A DNA stretch of 61,843 nt, counting the filler. It is 6 parts of 6 records of this genome, joined end to end, with 100 filler letters (N's around TTAATTAATTAA, not from the genome) between each part and the next. Parts side by side here need not be neighbours in the genome. Positions count along the whole stretch, not along the records: positions 24,999 to 30,415 come from DRR378314_1873; positions 30,516 to 37,813 come from DRR378314_1874; positions 37,914 to 44,800 come from DRR378314_1875; 3 more parts are not named here. One strand, given 5' to 3'. Shown one piece after another: positions 25,853 to 39,877 of the stretch. Within the stretch, counting starts at the first letter, position 1; every line of letters begins with the position of its first letter. The notes beneath the pieces were generated by a model. That model was not told where the DNA came from. It did not search any database and saw nothing but the letters and a program-made list of their open reading frames with translations. Made by a program: the position numbers and the translations under genes.

Positions 25853-27907
25853 TTATTTGCAATTCAACATGTACATTCGTCTCACGTACAACCGCACAAA
25901 TGTATCGTGCGCAAGAAGATCAAAGGTCTTGATAACTTGGTACTTCGCACCCACCCTCTGATTGCGCAGGGCGGAAACTAGCGGCGCGACGCGCGTGTTC
26001 GAAGGCGACGAGAACTTGTCGACGCTCTCGAGGACCTGCAGCAATCAGAACAATTCCATCACAGAGCAGTCAAAAAAATATCGTATAGCAAACTTCGCCG
26101 CACACGGGATTTGCACTCGCTCAACATGCTCAAAAGGTCATCGTTTTTGCCTGCGACCGACCGTTTGGGCAAAGGCGTACGAGGATTCTCAGCACGAACA
26201 GAGATGCAGAGGTATGGGATAGGGAGCTGGAAAGTACGGTTCGCTGTAGTGTACCTATGCAACGAAAGCCCTACGTTGAAGATGAATTGGCGCGCGACAC
26301 GCACAGTCCTTCAAACGGCATCCACCGTGCAGGATAAGCGAAGCGATACGACGCAGAAAAGTCGTGCTTCGCTGGTAACACATACGTAGTAGTGCGCGAC
26401 GTTGTGCTCAGGGTACTGCGATCCTCGATAGCCGGAATATCGCCAATGACCGCCTCTGGCGCGACTTCGATGACTTTGCGGAGCCCGCCGCTCAGCAAGT
26501 ACACATTGTCGAATCCCTTGAGAAAGAACTCTTCCGCAGCAGCTTTTGCGACTTTTTCGTTCCAATCGTACATTACGATGATCTTGTTCGCGCTATTCCG
26601 GAATCTGCGGGGCAGAGCAATCATTCGTATAAATTTTAGCGAGCAGGCATGATGCAATAAAACGAGTAGGCTGATTATGGGAGGTTACAGTTTGCCAAGC
26701 GGTGCAAGCTGACGCGCAGTGTATTGCACTTGGAGTCAGTGCGGAGAACGTTCCTCCTCCAGTCGTTTCACTTCGCGGCTTGCCTATCACGCGCCACAGC
26801 AAGCGCCACAAGCGGGCGATATGCACAGCCTATCGCATGCACAGTGTGCTATTCACCGGATCCTATTTCACATGATTCGTAGAGGCTGGCGATTCAACAT
26901 GCAAGAGCAGGGTAACCATCGCTTTTGTCCAAACGAGGTACCTGCAGCTCCTTCCGTAACAAGCTACTGTCTGCGTGCTTCTCATCATTTGGGGCAATCC
27001 ACTTCCATTCCGACATGCAAAACGAGGCTTCCGCCACTGAGAAAAAGGAGTCTACCACCAAGTCTGCGCATATATTTTCCTATGTCTTTTCATACAATCG
27101 TATTGGTGAGGAGCGATACTCGATTTGAAAGAGCTTCGGGGGTACATCAGTTGCTTGTTGCATAGTCGCGGGAAGCAGAGAACGGCGAGAAGCGCTTTCG
27201 CTAGGGGAGCACGAGGTGAGCTGATGCGCGGCAGCATTCCGCGCAGCCCTCGCGAAACGTGCGACCTGGAGTGCGGTGCAGTCTCGTTGCGGGGTTTTTC
27301 CTATTTCGCCAGAGCGTAGAAATGGATGTGCTGTGTGATTTTCCAATAGAAATCCCCTTGCGTACCGAAACAGCTCGGGTGTGAGCTCGTGGAGCGCGCG
27401 GGAAAGCACTGGAGGAGGATAGTTGACTGCCTCGACGATATGGCAGCGGTCGAACTCTGCATCGTCTCGGAGGTCGATGAGAAGGAACTCGTGCTCTCCC
27501 GCGCGGGTAGAAGAGTTGGCGAAAGCTGCTTCACTGCTAGATCCCTCAGTAGATTCGTCTGTTATCGCGCGTTCTTGTGTATCACTACCTTGCATCGCGC
27601 TCTGTGCGAGTAGCTTTGCAAGGGACTTGACTTTGATACGCTTAAAGTTTTCGTTTCGCGCGCGAAGGTGCAGTCCCTGCTCCACCACGCGCGCCAGGTA
27701 CGACGAAAGGGATGCGCCAGTGTCGACGCGCTTCTCTACATAATCGTACTGGCCCGAACTCTTGACACGTTTTTGTGTCACATCGTCAATCGACGGTTTA
27801 TGTGTCACCACAAAGGTATCCGGCTTCTTCGGGGTTCGCTTCTGCGGCGAAATGCCCTGTGCACCAAAGGATCCACGCACAATGTATCCCGACCCAGACA
27901 TGCTCAC
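25853..27907 (-). CDS. CEP41: Centrosomal protein CEP41-like (rhodanese domain), spliced
   Basis: YDYVEKRVDTGAS, ENFKRIKV, FLLIDLRD..EFDRCHI. GT-AG intron 27365-26605 joins in frame to RNSANKIIVMYD...GFDNVYLLSGGL. 3' exon(s) uncertain. Confidence 0.85.
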
Positions 27908-28486
27908 TCAGTGCAGCAGAAAGCGCGCGCCTGCTCGGCGTTCCGCAGCTTTTTCCCGCTTCTCGCAATCCTGTGTTCCCATTGTGCGCGTTTGGCTCTG
28001 ACTAGGGTAATAGCGGGGGAGAGTGCCTCGCTTTGCCCGCCCGCCCCTACACGTAGGAGTGGAGCACTCACACGCTTACACGTGCTGCACGTGTGAGCTT
28101 TGGAGTACCCGCCACGCGCTTCCACGCCCACGCCCTCGTTCAGTATCGACGTCTACACGCAATTTTATTCCTTGCATGGGAAATCCTCACGATCTTCTGT
28201 ATTACATATGTTTCATACGGTTCGGATACAGCTGCGGATGAGATGACCGAGGGGCGAAAGTCCGCAGCGGCGATCGTGAACATGTATACTTGTTATACCC
28301 GATCTTGTGAAATTACATATTATGGGTAGTATGTGAGCAGAATGGAGGGCGCATGCGCGCTCTGCGAATCGCAGCTGCTGCTTCGACGTAGCGCACGCCT
28401 CACGTTCTGTCTCCACGACAGCGCTCTCCGCGTTTTCGTACAGTGCTCTTCGTCCAGGATAAAAACATAGATACAGGTCTGCAAAG

Positions 28487-29919
28487 ATGGCCGGTCGTCA
28501 AGGTACGCCTAAAACAGGAAAATGGTATCTTCATGGCTTTATTTGCACAGGGTTCGGCGTCCTGTATGCTCTTGCTTGCCAACTCTGTGTGCGCGCGCTG
28601 CACCGGTGCGTGTTGGGGGGTGCTGCGACGTTGCTGGCGCGGCCAACCGGCAACCAGAAAGAGCATGCCCGGCGCTGCCGTGCAGCAGCCGCAGAGACTG
28701 GAAGCGATTTCGGAAAGGTGGTTACATCTACAGTATCATACTGCGTAATCACTCCTGTTTGTCCCCGTGCTATGTCTTCTTCTTTTTTTCGCGCGGCTCG
28801 CTCATTGGCTTTTGGTGCGGAGCTATGGAACAAGTGCGCCGGCCCGGTGTCGCACCTCGCCAAGGAGGATGTGGCGCGTACAGCTCAGCTGCGCTGCCGC
28901 TCGCATGTATCCTATGTTATATGCCTTGGACATAAGACATTTCGTCTGATACACTTCTATTACCATAATTTTATGCATTCGTAGTGTGCTGAGCGATTTT
29001 TGGATCCTGCTGGTGGCGCAGCGGGCTGTGGCTCTTGCACTCTGTAGGTGGCTTGCCTGTGTGCTCCACGCGGTTTCGCTCGTTCCGCTCGGCTTGACAG
29101 TGGGACGCGCAAGACCCATGCTGCGCTGAGTTGGGCTGCGCCATGCGTCTGGTAGTTACCTCCAAATCTAGTCGATTGTATATTTTTGGTGAGCCGAGCG
29201 CGCTTTTTACGGACAAAAGTGCCGGTGCATGGTCCCCTGATGTGCACGCGAGTGTTGCGCTTGCGGCCGCCCTGAACTATGCGGCTCCTCTCCAGGTGGC
29301 AAGCTCAAGCCTATGAAGCAAGCAAAGAAGAAGGATAAGGAGATGTTGGACGTATGTTGGCTAAGCTTTTGCGCGCTTTTTCCCTTGGGAGCGAATTACA
29401 AGTGGCAAAGGGTGTTTCTGATGCGAAAGATTGGGCTACAACTGTAGCTACTGGTCGTTTCCGCGACGGCGGACGGGAATTGAGCTGCACTATGAGTTGT
29501 GCGCTCGCGTTCGTTCACTCTTCGCGGCTTTCCTAGCGACACGCTTCCGCGCCGCCGTCCTCGATAGCGCCAAACCTTGTGCGCGTACTCCTCACGCTCC
29601 CAAACTTGATATGTGCTCATCCTATACAGGAGGACATCGAATTCAAGAAGAAACAGGTACGTCGCATGTGGTTTTACAAAGGTGATAAGAGATGCGCAGA
29701 GGCTCACTCTCGTCGCGCGTTGTCAAAGCCAGGTCTCCAGCCGCTACTTGTCCCTGACTATAGAGTTGGCCGTGCTTGACGGTTCTCTGCGCTGCAGCGC
29801 ATACCGGTACATTGATTTCCCCTCCTATTTGTTTGTCTTTTCCTCCCTCTTTCGCTCTCCAGCAAGCGGAGAAGGCCGCCATGAAGAAGGCTGCTGCGGA
29901 TATGAAGGCGAAGAAAAAG
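28487..29919 (+). CDS. TMA7: Translation machinery-associated protein 7, at least four small exons
   Basis: Exons 28487-28502, 29296-29351, 29630-29656 and 29863-29919 with GT-AG borders give MAGRQGGKLKPMKQAKKKDKEMLDEDIEFKKKQQAEKAAMKKAAADMKAKKK. Last exon not located. Confidence 0.88.
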
Positions 29920-30515
29920 GTTTGTTCGTGTTCCTGCGCGTGTTGCTGTCGAGCTCGTGGAATTTGTTTGTGCACTCCGTGCGTTTTCGGCCATGCGTTG
30001 GCTCTGCTGCGCCTCGTTTTGACTCACATTGCAGGAGCTCACTGGGTATCATTTTCACAAACTTCGTGCGTGTACTTTTTGGCGTTTTGTCGTGCAGTAA
30101 GTGGCCGGCACAGTGGGGAAGCTAGGCGTCATGGTTCACGCTACGGGGCAACTTACCGCGCCTGATCACTTTTGTGAATCATCGCGTGGCGATCTAGGGC
30201 GTTGCTCCCTAGACGTTTCCTTATGTAGAGGTGAAATACAGAGGCTGCTTTTAATTTCTTGCGTACGCATGTGGCGTAATTGTGTGCCGTGCGTACCAAA
30301 GTCGCGACCCCTTGTGCCACAGCCGCCGTGGATCGTGCAACCGGGAAAGCCCACGGTGTCCCGTATGCAACTGTCCCGTTGTCCACGTTGCCTCTTCTTC
30401 CATCGGCGTTGCTCCNNNNNNNNNNNNNNNNNNNNNNNNNNNNNNNNNNNNNNNNNNNNTTAATTAATTAANNNNNNNNNNNNNNNNNNNNNNNNNNNNN
30501 NNNNNNNNNNNNNNN

Positions 30516-32592
30516 GCACCAGATCAACCTGGAGAAGATGTCGCCGGTGGTGCAGGTACGCGAAGGCGTGGCCTACCCGGACACCTGCGTGGGCACCGAC
30601 AGCCACACGCCGATGGTGGACGCGCTGGGCGTGATCTCCGTGGGCGTGGGCGGCCTGGAAGCGGAAAACGTGATGCTGGGCAACCCGTCCATGATGCGCC
30701 TGCCCGACATCGTCGGCGTGGAGCTCACCGGCAAGCTCAAGCCCGGTATCACCGGCACCGACCTGGTGCTGGCGATCACCGAGTTCCTGCGTAAGGAGCG
30801 GGTGGTCGGTGCCTATCTGGAGTTCTTCGGCGAAGGGGCGGACAGCCTGTCCGTGGGCGACCGCGCCACCATCGCCAACATGACCCCGGAATACGGCGCC
30901 ACCGCCGGCATGTTCTTTATCGACGACAACACCCTGGATTACCTGAGACTGACCGGTCGCGAAGACGAGCAGGTGGCCCTGGTGGAGAAGTACGCCAAGG
31001 AGACCGGGCTGTGGGCGGACGCCCTCAAGGGCGCGGACTACGAGCGCGTGCTCCGGTTTGACCTGTCCTCGGTGGGCCGTAACCTGGCCGGCCCGTCCAA
31101 CCCGCACGCGCTGCTGCCGGCGTCGGACCTGGCGGCGCGCGGCGTGGCCGGTGCCTGGGAAGAGAAAGAGGGCGAAATGCCCGACGGCGCGGTGATCATC
31201 GCCGCCATCACCTCCTGCACCAACACCAGCAACCCGCGCAACATGATCGCCGCCGGTCTGATCGCCCGTAACGCCAACCGGCTGGGCCTGATCCGCAAGC
31301 CGTGGGTGAAGTCGTCCCTGGCGCCGGGTTCCAAGACCGTGAAGATGTACCTGGAGGAAGCGGAACTGCTGCCGGAGCTGCAGCAGCTCGGCTTCGATGT
31401 GGTGGCGTTCGCCTGCACCACCTGCAACGGCATGAGCGGCGCCCTGGACCCGGAAATCCAGAAAGAAGTGATCGACCGGGATCTGTACGCCACCGCGGTG
31501 CTGTCCGGCAACCGTAACTTCGACGGCCGTATCCACCCCTACGCCAAGCAGGCGTTCCTGGCCTCGCCGCCGCTGGTGGTGGCCTACGCCATCGCCGGCA
31601 CCATCCGTTTCGATATCGAGAAGGACGTGCTCGGCCATGACGCGGACGGCAAGCCGATCATGCTCAAGGACATCTGGCCGGACGACAGCGAGATCGACGC
31701 CATCGTTAAATCCAGCGTCAAGCCGGAGCAGTTCCGCCGCACCTACATTCCCATGTTCGAGAAGAAAGAGGGCGGCGCGAAGGCGGTGAGCCCGCTGTAC
31801 GACTGGCGCCCGCAGTCCACCTACATCCGCCGTCCGCCGTACTGGGAAGGCACCATGGCGGAGGCCCGCGCGCTCAAGAACATGCGGCCGCTGGCGGTGT
31901 TGCCGGACAACATCACCACCGACCATCTGTCGCCGTCCAACGCCATCCTGCTGGACAGCGCCGCCGGCGCCTACCTGCACAAGATGGGCCTGCCGGAGGA
32001 GGACTTTAACTCCTACGCCACCCATCGCGGTGACCACCTCACCGCCCAACGGGCCACGCTCGCCAACCCGAAACTGTTCAATGAAATGGTGCGCGACGAA
32101 GACGGCAATGTGATCCAGGGCTCGCTGGCCCGGGTGGAGCCGGAAGGCGAAGTGATGCGCATGTGGGAAGCGATCGAAACCTACATGGAACGCAAGCAGC
32201 CGCTGATCATCATCGCCGGCGCCGACTACGGCCAGGGTTCGTCCCGCGACTGGGCCGCCAAGGGCGTGGCGCTGGCCGGCGTGGAAGCGATCGTGGCGGA
32301 AGGCTTCGAGCGCATTCACCGCACCAACCTGATCGGCATGGGCGTGATGCCGCTGCAGTTCCAGGAGGGCACCACTCGCCACACCCTGGGCATCGACGGT
32401 ACCGAGGTGTTCGACGTGGAAGGCGAGGCGTCGCCGCGCGCCGAGCTGACCCTGGTGATGCACCGGGCCAACGGCGACGTGGAGCGCATTCCGGTGATCT
32501 GCCGTCTGGACACCGCCGAGGAAGTCTCCGTGTATTCCGCCGGCGGCATCCTGCAGCGCTTCGCCAAGGACTTCATGCAGGCCGCCAGCTAA
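30516..32592 (+). CDS. acnD: Fe/S-dependent 2-methylisocitrate dehydratase (5' truncated)
   Basis: Aconitase motifs GTDSHT, AAITSCTNTSNP, FACTTCNGMSG, ITTDHLSP, YGQGSSRDWAAKG; directly upstream of prpF. Confidence 0.93.
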
Positions 32593-32614
32593 CGCAATCG
32601 CGAGGATCCGTACC

Positions 32615-33793
32615 ATGGCTCACGCAGCCCAGATCAAAATCCCCGCCACCTACATGCGTGGCGGCACCAGCAAGGGCGTGTTCTTCAGCCTTAACGATCT
32701 GCCGGAAGCGGCACGCGTCCCCGGGCCCGCCCGGGACGCGCTGCTGCTGCGGGTGATCGGCAGCCCCGACCCCTACGGCAAGCACACCGACGGCATGGGC
32801 GGCGCCACGTCCAGCACCAGCAAGACGGTGATCCTGTCGAAAAGCGACAGCCCGGACCACGACGTGGACTACCTGTTCGGCCAGGTCTCCATCGACAAGC
32901 CGTTCATCGACTGGAGCGGTAACTGCGGCAACCTGACCGCGGCGGTGGGCGCCTTCGCCATCAGCAACGGCCTGGTGGCCGCCGACCGCATCCCCGATAA
33001 CGGCGTGGCGGTGGTGCGTATCTGGCAGGCCAATATCGAAAAGACCATCGTCGCCCATGTGCCGATCACCGACGGCCGGGTTCAGGAAACCGGCGACTTC
33101 GAGCTGGACGGGGTGACCTTCCCGGCGGCGGAAGTGGTGATCGATTTCATGGACCCGGCGGACGGCGACGGCGCCATGTTCCCCACCGGCAACCCGGTGG
33201 ACGACCTGGACGTGCCCGGTATCGGCACCATCAAGGCGACCATGATCAACGCCGGTATCCCCACCGTGTTCGTCAACGCCGAGGACGTGGGCTACACCGG
33301 CGCCGAGCTGCAGGGCGACATCAACGAGGACGCCCGCGCCCTGGCCATGTTCGAAACCCTGCGCGCCCACGGCGCCCTGCGCATGGGCCTGATCCAGTCC
33401 CTGGAAGAGGCGGAGCAGCGGCAACACACGCCCAAGGTGGCGTTCGTGGCCGGCCCGCGCGACTATGTGGCGTCCAGCGGTAAAAAAGTGGCCGCCGGCG
33501 ACGTGGACCTGCTGGTGCGGGCGCTGTCCATGGGCAAGCTGCACCATGCCATGATGGGCACGGCGGCGGTGGCCATCGGCACCGCCGCGGCGATTCCCGG
33601 CACCCTGGTGAACCTGGCCGCCGGCGGCGGCGAACGGGACGCGGTGCGTTTCGGGCACCCGTCCGGCACCCTGCGGGTGGGCGGCGAAGCCCACCAGCAG
33701 GACGGCGAATGGGTGGTTACCAAGGCCAGCATGAGCCGCAGCGCCCGCGTCTTGATGGAAGGCTGGGTGCGCGTACCCGGAGACGCATTCTAG
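32615..33793 (+). CDS. prpF: 2-methylaconitate cis-trans isomerase
   Basis: [41 protein letters not shown]. Confidence 0.95.
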   Translation: MAHAAQIKIPATYMRGGTSKGVFFSLNDLPEAARVPGPARDALLLRVIGSPDPYGKHTDGMGGATSSTSKTVILSKSDSPDHDVDYLFGQVSIDKPFIDWSGNCGNLTAAVGAFAISNGLVAADRIPDNGVAVVRIWQANIEKTIVAHVPITDGRVQETGDFELDGVTFPAAEVVIDFMDPADGDGAMFPTGNPVDDLDVPGIGTIKATMINAGIPTVFVNAEDVGYTGAELQGDINEDARALAMFETLRAHGALRMGLIQSLEEAEQRQHTPKVAFVAGPRDYVASSGKKVAAGDVDLLVRALSMGKLHHAMMGTAAVAIGTAAAIPGTLVNLAAGGGERDAVRFGHPSGTLRVGGEAHQQDGEWVVTKASMSRSARVLMEGWVRVPGDAF

Positions 33794-33809
33794 ACAGAAA
33801 GGAGGCCCC

Positions 33810-35294
33810 ATGAGCAGCAACGTCGACCAGAACCTGCGCCCGGATTACGATCCGGAAATCCAGGCCATCGTGGACTATGTCCTCGACTATCGGATCGACT
33901 CCGAGGAGGCCTGGGACACCGCCCGCAACTGCCTGATCGACACCCTGGGCTGCGGTTTGCTGGCACTGCGTTTCCCGGAGTGCAGCAAACATCTGGGGCC
34001 GCTGGTGGAGGGCACTCAGGTGCCCCACGGCGCCCGGGTGCCGGGGACGCCGCACCGGCTCGACCCGGTGAAGGCGGCCTGGGACATCGGCTGCATCGTG
34101 CGCTGGCTGGATTACAACGACACCTGGCTGGCGGCGGAGTGGGGCCACCCCTCGGATAATCTCGGCGGCATCCTGGCGGTGGCCGACTACCTGTCACAGA
34201 AAAACCTCGCCAACGGCAAAGCGCCGCTGACCATCAAGGACGTGCTCGAGGCCATGATCATGGCCCACGAGATCCAGGGCGTGCTGGCGCTGGAAAACTC
34301 CTTTAACCGGGTGGGCCTGGACCATGTACTGCTGGTCAAGGTGGCCTCCACCGCGGTGGTGGCGCGGATGATGGGGGCCAACCGGGAGCAGCTGCTGTCG
34401 GCGGTCTCCCACGCCTGGGTGGACGGCCAGGCGCTGCGTACCTACCGGCACGCTCCCAACGCCGGCTCGCGTAAATCCTGGGCCGCCGGCGACGCCACCA
34501 GCCGGGCGGTGCGCCTGGCGGACATCGCCCTGCGCGGCGAGATGGGCATTCCCGGGGCGCTGTCCGCGCCCCAGTGGGGCTTCTACGACGTCCTGTTTTC
34601 CAAGACCAACAAGGACCAGAAGCTCAAGCCCGAGGAAGACCGCAAGTTCAAATTCCAGCGTGACTACGGCAGTTACGTGATGGAGAACATCCTCTTCAAG
34701 ATCAGCTTCCCGGCGGAGTTCCACAGCCAGACCGCCTGCGAAGCGGCGGTCACCCTGCACCCGCAGGTGAAGGACCGCCTCGATGAGATCGACCGCATCG
34801 TGATCACCACCCACGACTCGGCGATCCGCATCATTTCCAAGCAGGGGCCGCTCGCCAACCCGGCGGACCGGGACCACTGCATCCAGTACATGACGGCGGT
34901 GCCGCTGATTTTCGGCAACCTGGTGGCGGAGCACTACGAGGACGAGTTCCACGAGGCGCACCCGCGGATCGACGAGCTGCGCGACAAGATGGAGATCGTC
35001 GAGGACGAGCGCTATTCCAAGGACTATCACGACCCGGAAAAGCGCTCCATCGCCAACGCCATCCAGGTGTTCTTCAAGGACGGCTCAAGCACCGACCAGG
35101 TCGCGGTGGAGTACCCCATCGGCCACCGCCGGCGCCGGGAAGAGGGCATTCCGGTGCTGGAGCAGAAGTTCAAACGCAACCTGGCCACCCGTTTCCCGGC
35201 CGCCCGAGTGGCGGAGATCATGGACCTGTGTCTGGACCCGGCGCGGCTCAACGACACGCCGGTCAACGAGTTCATGGACCGGTTCGTGATCTGA
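33810..35294 (+). CDS. prpD: 2-methylcitrate dehydratase
   Basis: [51 protein letters not shown] ggagg. Confidence 0.95.
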   Translation: MSSNVDQNLRPDYDPEIQAIVDYVLDYRIDSEEAWDTARNCLIDTLGCGLLALRFPECSKHLGPLVEGTQVPHGARVPGTPHRLDPVKAAWDIGCIVRWLDYNDTWLAAEWGHPSDNLGGILAVADYLSQKNLANGKAPLTIKDVLEAMIMAHEIQGVLALENSFNRVGLDHVLLVKVASTAVVARMMGANREQLLSAVSHAWVDGQALRTYRHAPNAGSRKSWAAGDATSRAVRLADIALRGEMGIPGALSAPQWGFYDVLFSKTNKDQKLKPEEDRKFKFQRDYGSYVMENILFKISFPAEFHSQTACEAAVTLHPQVKDRLDEIDRIVITTHDSAIRIISKQGPLANPADRDHCIQYMTAVPLIFGNLVAEHYEDEFHEAHPRIDELRDKMEIVEDERYSKDYHDPEKRSIANAIQVFFKDGSSTDQVAVEYPIGHRRRREEGIPVLEQKFKRNLATRFPAARVAEIMDLCLDPARLNDTPVNEFMDRFVI

Positions 35295-35318
35295 ACCGGC
35301 CGCCGGCGGCGCCGGTTA
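35295..35318. terminator. GC hairpin between convergent prpD and ppsR
   Basis: accggc..gccggt inverted repeat. Confidence 0.45.
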
Positions 35319-36134
35319 TTGCAGCCGGCGCTGCAGGCCGGTGGTGGCGAGGATGCGGGTGCTGATTTCCTCGATGGACAGCTCGGTAGCGTCCAGGTGG
35401 GGAATATTGAACTTGTTGTAGAGCGCCTGCAGGGCGCGCACTTCCATATCGCACTGGCGCGGTGACGCGTAGCGGCTGCCCGCCTTGCGTTCGCTGCGAA
35501 TGGCGCTGAGCCGGTCGGCGTTGATGGTCAGGCCGAACAGCTTGTGTTTGTGCGGGGCCAGCGCATCGGGCAAGCGCAGATCGTCGAAATCGTCCTCGGT
35601 GAGCGGGTAGTTGGCCGCGAACAGGCCGAACTGCAGCGCCAGATAGAGGCAGGTCGGCGTCTTGCCGGAGCGTGACACCCCCACCAGAATCAGATCCGCC
35701 TGGTCGTAATAGCGGGTGCGCGCGCCGTCGTCGTTGTCCAGGGCGAAGTGCACCGCGTTGATGCGGATGCGGTACGCCTGCTGATCGCGGATCGCGTGGC
35801 TCTGCCCGACCTTGTGGTTGGCGGTGACGCCGAGCTCGTCTTCCAGCGGCTTCTGGAAGGCGGTGAACAGATCCAGCACCTTGCCCTTGCAGGTGTGCAG
35901 GATGGCGCGGTGGTCGTCGTTGACCAGGGTGGAAAAGACGATGGGTTTGGCGCCGTCGGTCTGCGCCGTCCGGTCAATTCGGGCCACCGCTTCCCGGGTC
36001 AGGTCATCCGAGGCCACATAGGGGATCGTCACCTGGTCGAATTTGATGCCGCCGAACTGGCTCAGCAGACTGTGACCGAGGGTCTCGGCGGTGATGCCGG
36101 TGCCGTCGGAGATAAAAAAGGCGGTTCTGGCCAT
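35316..36134 (-). CDS. ppsR: PEP synthase regulatory kinase/phosphotransferase (DUF299)
   Basis: ISDGTGITAE, NDDG, GVSRSGKTPT, SIEEI; divergent from ppsA. Confidence 0.95.
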   Translation of the reverse strand: MARTAFFISDGTGITAETLGHSLLSQFGGIKFDQVTIPYVASDDLTREAVARIDRTAQTDGAKPIVFSTLVNDDHRAILHTCKGKVLDLFTAFQKPLEDELGVTANHKVGQSHAIRDQQAYRIRINAVHFALDNDDGARTRYYDQADLILVGVSRSGKTPTCLYLALQFGLFAANYPLTEDDFDDLRLPDALAPHKHKLFGLTINADRLSAIRSERKAGSRYASPRQCDMEVRALQALYNKFNIPHLDATELSIEEISTRILATTGLQRRLQ

Positions 36135-36343
36135 GGGCTCGATGCTCCTTCCACAAAAGTCGTAACAGATTGCCCAATCCGGGCGGGCAAAGCGCTGATG
36201 TTTTGGGTAGAATGGCGCCTCCATTCATTCCGGTAAAGTTAAGAGAGCCTCGAAACACCCCCCGGCGACCTGAAGCGTAAAGCCAGAGCGCGCCAAGAGT
36301 GGGTCGGAGGCTCCCCAGGCCAGCAATACTTAAGGAGACGACC

Positions 36344-37813
36344 TTGGCGGAATACGTAGTCTGGTTTCAGGATCTGGGCAAGGGCGATGTCGAGCGCGTC
36401 GGTGGCAAGAACGCCTCCCTTGGCGAGATGATCAGCAACCTGGCGGCGGCCGGCGTGTCCGTCCCGGGCGGTTTTGCGACCACCGCGGAAGCCTTCCGCG
36501 ACTTCCTCGAGCACAACGATCTGACCACCAAGATCAACGAGGCGCTCGGGGCGCTGGACGTGGAAGACGTGGTGGCTCTGGCGGAAACCGGTGAGAAGAT
36601 CCGTAAATGGGTGGTGGACGCCCCCTTCCAGCCGGAGCTGGAAGCGGCGATCCGCGACGCCTATGAGAAGATGGGCGGCGGCGACGGCGAACTGCCGGTG
36701 GCGGTGCGCTCTTCCGCCACCGCCGAAGACCTGCCGGACGCCTCCTTCGCCGGTCAGCAGGAAACCTTCCTCAACATTCGCGGCCTCGACCATGTGATGG
36801 TGGCGGTGAAGGAAGTGTTCGCCTCCCTGTTCAACGACCGCGCCATCAGCTACCGGGTGCACCAGGGCTTCGACCACAAACTGGTGGCCCTGTCCGCCGG
36901 CGTGCAGCAGATGGTGCGCTCCGAGACCGGCGCCGCCGGGGTCATGTTCACCCTGGACACCGAATCCGGCTTCCGCGACGTGGTGTTCATCACCGCCTCC
37001 TACGGCCTGGGCGAAATGGTGGTGCAGGGCGCCGTGAACCCGGATGAGTTTTATGTCCATAAAAAGACGCTGCTGAACAAGCGCCCCTGCATTCTGCGCC
37101 GCAACCTGGGCAGCAAAATGCAGAAAATGGTCTACGGCAGCGAAGCCAGCGCCGGCAAATCGGTGCAGACCGTGGACGTGGACAGCGCCGACCGGCTGCG
37201 TTTCTGCCTCACCGATGCCCAGGTGGAAGACCTTTCCCGCCAGGCCATCGAGATCGAAAAGCACTACGGCATGCCCATGGACATCGAATGGGCGCTGGAC
37301 GGCGACGACGGCAAGCTCTACATCGTCCAGGCCCGTCCGGAGACCGTGAAGAGCCGTTCCGACGCCTCCGTGATGGAGCGCTACCTGCTCAAGCAGACCG
37401 GCAAGGTGCTGGTGGAAGGCCGCGCCATCGGTCAGCGCATCGGCGCCGGCCCGGTGCGCATCGTCTCCAACATCAAGGAAATGGACCGCGTGCAGCCCGG
37501 CGACGTGCTGGTCACCGACATGACCGACCCGGACTGGGAACCGGTGATGAAGCGCGCCTCCGCCATCGTCACCAACCGCGGCGGGCGCACCTGCCACGCG
37601 GCGATCATCGCCCGTGAACTGGGCGTGCCGGCCATCGTCGGCTGCGGCGACGCCACCGACCTGCTCAAGGACGGCCAGGAAGTCACCGTCTCCTGCGCCG
37701 AGGGCGACACCGGCAACATCTACGAAGGCAAGCTGGACTTCGACATCCAGCGCAACTCCATCGAGTCCATGCCCAAGCTGCCGTTCAAGATCATGATGAA
37801 CGTGGGCAACCCG
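36344..37813 (+). CDS. ppsA: Phosphoenolpyruvate synthase (3' truncated)
   Basis: [45 protein letters not shown] start with aaggag RBS. Confidence 0.96.
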
Positions 37814-37914
37814 NNNNNNNNNNNNNNNNNNNNNNNNNNNNNNNNNNNNNNNNNNNNTTAATTAATTAANNNNNNNNNNNNNNNNNNNNNNNNNNNNNNN
37901 NNNNNNNNNNNNNG

Positions 37915-38766
<852 letters not shown>

Positions 38767-38829
38767 CGCCAGCATGGCCGGCCGTAGCGTTCCGTTCCCC
38801 GGCCGTGGTCAGGCGCCGTGGGGCGCGCG

Positions 38830-39141
38830 ATGAAAGTGTCGCCCGCCCGCCAGGTGGTGCTGGCCGTACTGGCGCTGGTGCTGCTGGTGTTGCAGGCGCG
38901 GCTGTGGTTTGGCGAGGGCAGCCTGCGCCACGTGGCCAGCCTGGAGCGGCAGGTGGAAGTGCTGAATGCCAAGAACGCCGAACTGGCCGAGCGCAACCGC
39001 CTGCTGGCCGCCGACGTGCGTGACCTGAAAGAAGGCACCGAAGCGGTGGAGGAGATCGCCCGCAAGGATCTCGGCATGATCCGTGACGGCGAAAGCTTTT
39101 TCCTGATCGTGGAACCCCAACAGGACCCGGACCGTGACTGA
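38830..39141 (+). CDS. ftsB: Cell division protein FtsB
   Basis: TM + LWFGEGS + coiled coil + EEIARKDLGMI; between eno and ispD. Confidence 0.92.
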   Translation: MKVSPARQVVLAVLALVLLVLQARLWFGEGSLRHVASLERQVEVLNAKNAELAERNRLLAADVRDLKEGTEAVEEIARKDLGMIRDGESFFLIVEPQQDPDRD

Positions 39142-39877
39142 GCGCCGCTCTCTATCCTTGCCGCCTCCCTTGTTCGCCGTGGTGCCCGCCGCCGGTGTCG
39201 GCGCGCGCATGGGCGCCGGGCTGCCCAAGCAGTACCTGACCCTGCAGGGCCGCACCCTGGCCGAGCATACCCTGGGCCGGCTGCTGGCCTTCGCGCCGTT
39301 GCAGGCGGTGGTGGTGGCGGTGGCCGACGGCGACCCCTGGTGGCCGGAACTGGCGGTGGCCGGCCATCCCCGCGTCACCAGCGTCACCGGCGGCGACAGC
39401 CGCGCCCGGTCGGTGCTGGCCGGAGTGGCGGCGGTGCTGGAGCGGGCGCCGGACGCCCGCGTACTGGTGCATGACATGGCGCGGCCGCTGGTGCGGCTGT
39501 CCGATATCCAGGCGCTGCTCGACCATGACGACCGGGGCGACGGCGCGATCCTGGCGCGGCCGGTCACCGACACCATCAAGCAGGCGGACGCCGACACCCG
39601 CATCCGCGCCACCCTGGACCGGTCGCTGATCTGGCGGGCGCTCACCCCTCAGCTGTTCGACGCCCGCCGTCTGCACGACGCCCTGCTCAGCGCCCTGCGC
39701 GACGATCCCGAGGCGATCACCGACGAGGCCTCGGCGCTGGAAGCGGCCGGCGCCCGGCCGGCGCTGGTGGCCGGCCACGCCGACAACATCAAAATCACCG
39801 TTCCGGAAGATCTGGCGCTGGCGCGCTTTTATCTCCGGGCCCAGGAAGAGGAAGGGCTGGCATGGCAATTCGTATAG
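39134..39877 (+). CDS. ispD: MEP cytidylyltransferase
   Basis: [36 protein letters not shown]. Confidence 0.95.
   Translation: MTERRSLSLPPPLFAVVPAAGVGARMGAGLPKQYLTLQGRTLAEHTLGRLLAFAPLQAVVVAVADGDPWWPELAVAGHPRVTSVTGGDSRARSVLAGVAAVLERAPDARVLVHDMARPLVRLSDIQALLDHDDRGDGAILARPVTDTIKQADADTRIRATLDRSLIWRALTPQLFDARRLHDALLSALRDDPEAITDEASALEAAGARPALVAGHADNIKITVPEDLALARFYLRAQEEEGLAWQFV

Noticed and set aside
24899-30515. Eukaryote-bacterium horizontal transfer or endosymbiont insertion
   Set aside because: The junctions are artificial N/TTAATTAATTAA linkers.
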